A DNA stretch of 64,000 bases from Candidatus Latescibacterota bacterium (GTDB taxonomy: Bacteria > Latescibacterota > UBA2968 > UBA8231): positions 608,001 to 672,000 of the forward strand of contig OY730476.1 in assembly GCA_963422735.1 (NCBI GenBank). The letters run 5' to 3'. Each line of letters starts with the position of its first letter. The stretch's first letter is position 1. Positions 58,861-64,000 of the stretch are shown here, in pieces. The position numbers and the translations under genes were made by a program. The notes beneath the pieces were generated by a model. That model was not told where the DNA came from, made no database searches, and saw only the letters and a list, made by a program, of their open reading frames with translations.

Positions 58861-59880
58861 ATGGCCGAAGCAGTTGTAGAAACTGGGTTGAGCCGCAAGG
58901 ATTTTGTTTCAGACCAAGAGGTCCGCTGGTGCCCTGGGTGCGGGGACTACGCGATTTTGGCCCAAATGCAAAAGATGCTCCCCGAAGTGGGGATCCCACG
59001 AGAAAACATCGTATTCGTCTCCGGAATCGGCTGCTCTAGCCGCTTTCCTTACTACATGAATACGTACGGCATTCACTCGATCCACGGGCGCGCACCCACG
59101 ATCGCCACCGGGATCAAGGCGGCCGACCCGGATTTGAGCGTCTGGGTCATCACCGGCGATGGCGACGGGCTCTCGATTGGCGGCAATCACCTCCTGCACA
59201 GCCTCCGGCGCAATGTCGATCTGAAAATTCTTCTGTTCAACAACCGCATCTACGGGCTTACCAAGGGCCAGTATTCGCCGACCTCGCTGCCGGGGCACCG
59301 CACCCAGTCCACCCCCATGGGGTCAATCGACTATCCGCTCAACCCGATATCCGTGGCGCTGAGTGCCGAAGCGACCTTTGTCGCCCGCACTCAGGACACG
59401 AATACCAAGCACCTGAGCTACGTGCTCAGGCGAGCGGCCCAACACAAGGGGGCGGCCTTTGTCGAGATCTACCAAAACTGCGTCGTGCTCAACCCCACGG
59501 CTTGGAAACACACCACGGATTCGGATGTGCGCGACGATAATATCGTGTTTTTGGACGAGGGGCAGCCCCTCGTCTTTGGGAAGGACCGGGATCGAGGCAT
59601 CCGCATGAACGGCACCGAGCCCGAGGTCGTTGCGCTCAGCGACGTGGCCCCAGACGAGCTGGTCGTGCATCGCGAAGGGCGCGAAAACGCCAGTTATGCC
59701 TATATGCTCAGCCGGATGGAATACCCGTTGCTGCCGCTGCCCTTTGGTGTGCTGCGTGCCCTCGACAGGCCGACCTACACCGAGTTGTTGTTCGACCAAA
59801 TCGCCGCGACAACCCAACAGCGGGGCGCGGGCGACCTCGCGTCCTTGTTCAACTCAGGCGATACTTGGGTCGTCGAATAG
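58861..59880 (+). CDS. korB: 2-oxoacid:ferredoxin oxidoreductase subunit beta
   Basis: WCPGCGD, GIGCSSRFPYY, HGRA, GDGD..SIGGNH, NN.IYGLTKGQ.SPT. Confidence 0.93.
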   Translation: MAEAVVETGLSRKDFVSDQEVRWCPGCGDYAILAQMQKMLPEVGIPRENIVFVSGIGCSSRFPYYMNTYGIHSIHGRAPTIATGIKAADPDLSVWVITGDGDGLSIGGNHLLHSLRRNVDLKILLFNNRIYGLTKGQYSPTSLPGHRTQSTPMGSIDYPLNPISVALSAEATFVARTQDTNTKHLSYVLRRAAQHKGAAFVEIYQNCVVLNPTAWKHTTDSDVRDDNIVFLDEGQPLVFGKDRDRGIRMNGTEPEVVALSDVAPDELVVHREGRENASYAYMLSRMEYPLLPLPFGVLRALDRPTYTELLFDQIAATTQQRGAGDLASLFNSGDTWVVE

Positions 59881-59891
59881 GAGAAGAGCCA

Positions 59892-60410
59892 TTGATTTGC
59901 CCTTCGTGTTCCCACGACAATATCCTTGGGGTTGACCTCTGCGAGGAGTGTGGCCAGAGCCTGAGCGAAGCGTACCAAGATTGGGGAAGTGGGGAGTTCA
60001 AGGAAATTTTCACCGAGCCGCTTTCCGCGCTCAATCCGCAGGAGATGGTCTGCGTGTCGCCGACGACTTCGTTGGCCGAGGTCATCTTGCTGCTCAAGGA
60101 GCTGCACGTCGGTTGCGTGTTGGTAACCGGCGAGGGCGGGCAGCTAATCGGCATATTCACCGAGCGCGACCTCCTCTACCGGGTGGCGGGCTTAATCAGC
60201 AATCTGGAACAGATCGCGGTCGAGAGCCTGATGACGCCGCAGCCCACCGCGCTCAAAGCCGATGCGGCCGTGCAGCACGCCCTGCATTTGATGAGCATCC
60301 ATGGCTTTCGCCACGTGCCGCTGTTGGGCGATGACGACCGCCCGGTTGGCTTGGTCTCGTTTAGGTACATCGTCCGTTTTATCGAAGAGAACTTTTCCTC
60401 CGTAGCCTGA
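59892..60410 (+). CDS. zinc-ribbon + CBS domain protein
   Basis: CPSC..N..G.D.CEECG N-terminus; GIFTERD, MT..P, FRHVP; TTG start after AGGAG. Confidence 0.85.
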   Translation: MICPSCSHDNILGVDLCEECGQSLSEAYQDWGSGEFKEIFTEPLSALNPQEMVCVSPTTSLAEVILLLKELHVGCVLVTGEGGQLIGIFTERDLLYRVAGLISNLEQIAVESLMTPQPTALKADAAVQHALHLMSIHGFRHVPLLGDDDRPVGLVSFRYIVRFIEENFSSVA

Positions 60411-60459
60411 AAGAGTTGACCGCCGGGTTAGCTCCAGTTTTTTGAAAGGCGGTTGTGCT

Positions 60460-60942
60460 ATGCCATTAAGCCGCACAGCGATATGTTCGCTCCTCGCATT
60501 GGTCCTGCTAAGTCCCCTAGGGGTTAGGGCTGAATTGGACTGGGCTGCCCTGAATAGAACGCGAGAGGTCACCGAAGCCGAGTGGTTGCAGTTGCAGCTG
60601 TCCGTATTAGGGTTAAGACTGAGCTATCCGGCCTACCGCGTCGCTCTAGATCTGACCGAAGACTCGGCGATTGAATTTACCTTCATCGCCAGCAGCGGGA
60701 TGGCCAAGCATCTGACGGAAGAGTTGGGCAAGACCGAAGCCGACGATGTTATTTCCTACCACGCGCAGGGCATAAGCGACCAAGTAGAGGCATTGATCCG
60801 CGACGAGTTCCCAGACTTGTGGTCGGGCTTTGACGCCAGCGAGGATGTCCGCGGGCAATTTCTCGGCCCAGGCGAGAAGTGGAATGACCCGCCGCGGGAA
60901 ATCGGCACTTGGTTGGAAAACAATTTCTCTTGGGGGCGCTGA
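60460..60942 (+). CDS. hypothetical secreted protein
   Basis: signal peptide ending VRA; 160-aa ORF. Confidence 0.7.
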   Translation: MPLSRTAICSLLALVLLSPLGVRAELDWAALNRTREVTEAEWLQLQLSVLGLRLSYPAYRVALDLTEDSAIEFTFIASSGMAKHLTEELGKTEADDVISYHAQGISDQVEALIRDEFPDLWSGFDASEDVRGQFLGPGEKWNDPPREIGTWLENNFSWGR

Positions 60943-60953
60943 GGTTCGTGTCC

Positions 60954-61190
60954 TCATTCCGGGTCGCGATGGGGCATTGCGCCTTGCGTTGATTCGTCGA
61001 GGGAGATGTCCTTGTCGATGACCGGCTCTTCGGTGGTCACGATCCAGCCGCGCACCCGCTGACCGAAGACGCTAATCTCCTTGCGTTGGGCGTCGATGAC
61101 CTTGGACGAAGCCGTATGCCGCTCTTTGTTAATACAGAAAAAGGTGTGCTGCCGAGTCATACCTTTTCCTTTGTCTTCCATGCTTTCCAT
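60954..61190 (-). CDS. small hypothetical protein
   Basis: ORF immediately after the hemE stop; protein-like composition. Confidence 0.55.
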   Translation of the reverse strand: MESMEDKGKGMTRQHTFFCINKERHTASSKVIDAQRKEISVFGQRVRGWIVTTEEPVIDKDISLDESTQGAMPHRDPE

Positions 61191-61193
61191 CCG

Positions 61194-62234
61194 CTATACC
61201 TCTCGAGTTTGCTCAAACTGGTGGACCGCATCCACTAACAATTTGACCTTTTCATAGGGCGTATCTGGATAGACGCCGTGCCCCAAGTTGAAGATATGGG
61301 GGCGGCCCCGGCCCTGCTCAAGAATGCGCTGGGCGGCAGCGGCAATGCTCGCCTCCGAGCCGTAGAGGGCGCAGGGATCTAGATTGCCCTGTAAAGGCAT
61401 GGTATTCCCGAACAATCCATAAGCCGCATCTAAGTCGATCCGCCAATCGAGACTTAGGATGTGCGCTCCGACGCGGCCAAAGCAGGGCAGGTTTTGCGCC
61501 CCGGCAAGCGGGAAGTAAATGATCGGAGCATTCAGCGATGCGAGGCTGCGGCAAACCCGCTGTACATAGGGTAGGGCGAATTCGTTGAATTGCGCCGGAG
61601 ACAACAAACCGATGGAAGTGTCGAAAATCTGGACGGCTTGGGCACCGGCCTCGATCTGGGCGCGCAAGAAGCGGCCGACGAGATCGCTGAGCAGGTTGAG
61701 CAGCCGACGGGCGAGGTCGGGGTTGCTGTGGATCATGCGGCGAAAAGCGGGGAAGTCCTTGGCATGGCCCCCTTCCACTAACCAAGTGGCCAAAGTAAAA
61801 GGCCCGCCGGCGTACCCGATGAGCGGGACGGCTGGCGGCAGGGCGTTGTGCGCTAGCCGTGCGGCTTCTAAGACGTAGGCGAGGTCGTCCTCAGGGACGG
61901 GGTTGCGGAGGCCGTCAATGTCGGCAGCCGAGCGGATCGGGCGGGCAAAAACCGGACCGGGTGCGTAGGTCAGTTCGCAGCCAAGTGCCTCTAAAGGCGT
62001 CACTAGGTCGGTAAAGAGAATGGCCGCATCGACCCCGAGCAGATCGACCGGCATGAGGGTAATTTCAGCGGCGAGTTCGGGGGTTTTGAAAAGTTTGAGT
62101 AGCGAGCCGTGCCGCTGGCGCAGCGCTCTGTACGGCTTGAGGATGCGGCCAGCTTGGCGCATGATCCAGATGGGAGGAGTCGCCGGCACTTGGCCCCGAC
62201 AGGCTTGGAGAAAAGGGGCGGAAGGATCGGACAA
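61194..62234 (-). CDS. hemE: uroporphyrinogen decarboxylase
   Basis: P.W.MRQAGR, DAAILF.D, LIG.AG.PFTL, GA.A.QIFD, LQGNLDP, HIFNLGHG. Confidence 0.95.
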   Translation of the reverse strand: MSDPSAPFLQACRGQVPATPPIWIMRQAGRILKPYRALRQRHGSLLKLFKTPELAAEITLMPVDLLGVDAAILFTDLVTPLEALGCELTYAPGPVFARPIRSAADIDGLRNPVPEDDLAYVLEAARLAHNALPPAVPLIGYAGGPFTLATWLVEGGHAKDFPAFRRMIHSNPDLARRLLNLLSDLVGRFLRAQIEAGAQAVQIFDTSIGLLSPAQFNEFALPYVQRVCRSLASLNAPIIYFPLAGAQNLPCFGRVGAHILSLDWRIDLDAAYGLFGNTMPLQGNLDPCALYGSEASIAAAAQRILEQGRGRPHIFNLGHGVYPDTPYEKVKLLVDAVHQFEQTREV

Positions 62235-62238
62235 AGCG

Positions 62239-64000
62239 CTAGCGACCGGGCTCGACCATCCACTCGGGCAGGGCGATGCGATAGGTGACCACGTCCTCCA
62301 AAGGTTTGAAGCGAACGCGGTCCTTTTCCATGTCGGCCCGGTAGATGTCGGGCTCCTCGTCCTCGGACTTGAAGGCCAAAAGGCGCAGCGGGGGCAGTTT
62401 GCGGTCTGACCAGTACTGGCCTACGTCGATTACTATATCGGCTTGGCACGCAAGGGGCACTACGTCAATTTCCCATTTGCGCTCTTTAATGGCGACGGCC
62501 CCGTCAAGCTCCACTGGGCCAAACTGCCTCCGTTGTCCTCGGGTATCGACGAACAAGTAGTCCTCGCAAGAGGCGTAGTCTATGTGTCCCGCGCCGGCGT
62601 CGGCCGAATAGACTAGCAGCGATGAGTCCCTCCAGGCGCAAAACGAGCCTGGGGGAAGGTGGTAGGCCACATCGCCCCTGTGGACGGTCCAGGGTTGCTC
62701 CCAACCGAGATTGGCATAGACTTCGAGGCCATTGCCGTACGTCACCCGCACCTGTCCTTGAGAAAACGCGCCGGAAAGCAGCGCGTCGTTGGTCTCCAAG
62801 AACTGGTCGTTGTGGTAGTAGGCTATGGAGCGGACGGGGACGCGGAGATAGTGCTTTTGCAGTTCGCGCAGCATGTAATAGGACTTGACCGCAGACGCGA
62901 TGCCCCATTCTAGCTGGTCGGGGAGTAGACAGGCGTGGCCAAAGGCCGCAGTAGCGGCGAGATAGCGGTCGAGATAGGCACTGTGGCTGTGTTTCTCGCC
63001 TTGGGGGATGCGCCCGGCAAAGTACTGGTCAATGGTACCCAGACCCGCATCGGTCTCAATGGTATGGAGATTTTGTAGGTCGAAGTCCACTAGCGGCGGG
63101 ATGCGGCTGGGGTCGGTCCCGACCATGCGGGCGAGGTGGCCAGTTAGGACGCCGGCATAAAACCAGTGGTTGCCGCCGCTCCCGATGGCCAAACCGGCTT
63201 GGGCTTGGGAGCGGAGGACGCTCTCTTGCAGGGAATAGCTGCTCGCCAAGTGGCTGGTTGCTGACGCGTCGTTGCTGAAGTCGTTGAATTCCCAAGGCGG
63301 GATATCGGCGTGTTCGCTGACGTACAGCGCGTCGCAGGGGTATTTGTCGATGATGGTGCGCGCATGTTCGGGTGCGCGCACCAGTGCTTCGGACGGCTTG
63401 AGCAAATAGAGTCCAGGTCCGGTCGGGGTCGGGGTGCCATCGGCGAGTTGAGCTGCCAATTCGGGCCGCCAGCAGGGATTGGTAGGAGCGATGTGGCGAT
63501 AGTTGACTGGGAGGCTGGTTTTGTAGCCCAGATCGGACAGGGCCTCTAGATACTCGCCAAGGGCGTCTTCGCCGCCTTTAGCTTCGGCTCCTTCCACTAC
63601 GAGCGTGGCATCGCCGTCGCCATCGTGCCAAGTCTCGCTGGGGTGGTTGATCAGCAGGTGATCGACGCCCATCAGCTTGAGCAGGCGCATGTTCTCGTAT
63701 AGCTCGACGTAGCTCTCTTGGGATGCATCGATATAGGGGATGTTGTACCAGACCCAATCGGCTAGTGTCTCGCTTTGCCCAGCCTCGGACGCGGAAAAGG
63801 CCGGGAGGACTTCCTCGTATTGAGTGGAGACCGTTATGATCCAGTGCTCCTGAAGATCGCTGCGCTTGCCGTCGCCTTGGTTGGCGTAGCTACAGCCGCC
63901 GTTGAGCTGGACGAGGCGCTGAGACTCTGCTTCGGACGGGGCGTACAGGGTGGAAGCACGCGAATAGTGCCAATCCACGAAACTAGACACGAAGCAGCCC
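62239..64000 (-). CDS. large hypothetical protein, 5' end outside window (possible glycoside-hydrolase-like barrel)
   Basis: long open frame running to the window edge; W/Y/D-rich, NY, Y.S.H...PPW, GSGG.HWFYAG. Confidence 0.65.
   Translation of the reverse strand, partial: GCFVSSFVDWHYSRASTLYAPSEAESQRLVQLNGGCSYANQGDGKRSDLQEHWIITVSTQYEEVLPAFSASEAGQSETLADWVWYNIPYIDASQESYVELYENMRLLKLMGVDHLLINHPSETWHDGDGDATLVVEGAEAKGGEDALGEYLEALSDLGYKTSLPVNYRHIAPTNPCWRPELAAQLADGTPTPTGPGLYLLKPSEALVRAPEHARTIIDKYPCDALYVSEHADIPPWEFNDFSNDASATSHLASSYSLQESVLRSQAQAGLAIGSGGNHWFYAGVLTGHLARMVGTDPSRIPPLVDFDLQNLHTIETDAGLGTIDQYFAGRIPQGEKHSHSAYLDRYLAATAAFGHACLLPDQLEWGIASAVKSYYMLRELQKHYLRVPVRSIAYYHNDQFLETNDALLSGAFSQGQVRVTYGNGLEVYANLGWEQPWTVHRGDVAYHLPPGSFCAWRDSSLLVYSADAGAGHIDYASCEDYLFVDTRGQRRQFGPVELDGAVAIKERKWEIDVVPLACQADIVIDVGQYWSDRKLPPLRLLAFKSEDEEPDIYRADMEKDRVRFKPLEDVVTYRIALPEWMVEPGR

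Overview
Bacterial chromosomal window, GC-rich (about 60% by eye), densely coding and mostly housekeeping or metabolic. Recognisable genes include mltG, an ABC exporter pair, a stand-alone ftsA, ssb, eno, nth, sodA, folE, rny, dxr, queD, a fadN-like gene, a sigma70 paralogue, msrAB, korAB and hemE, plus tRNA-Thr(CGT) and tRNA-Asn(GTT). Gene content suggests a diderm FCB-group-like lineage (weak inference). The standout locus is 24.25-28.86 kb, a non-canonical phage-shock (Psp) module. It has a consensus sigma54 promoter with twin upstream palindromes, then pspA, a 2-TM plus winged-helix protein, a PspB-like protein, a soluble TPR histidine kinase and a PspF-type activator. That activator carries an N-terminal receiver domain and lacks the PspA-contact tryptophan, suggesting a Psp response rewired to phosphorelay control. 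Other notable items are a short UvrA paralogue with degenerate ATPase motifs, an orphan FtsA, a Wzi/GT2/radical-SAM/GT2 operon, a USP-USP-EIIA fusion, an HTH gene split by a roughly 1.7 kb insert, and several decayed relics (prophage fragments after tRNA-Asn, a sulfatase, a HigBA-type TA pair, an MmeI-like tail). No CRISPR array or rRNA was seen. All family calls come from motif recognition by eye, not database searches.
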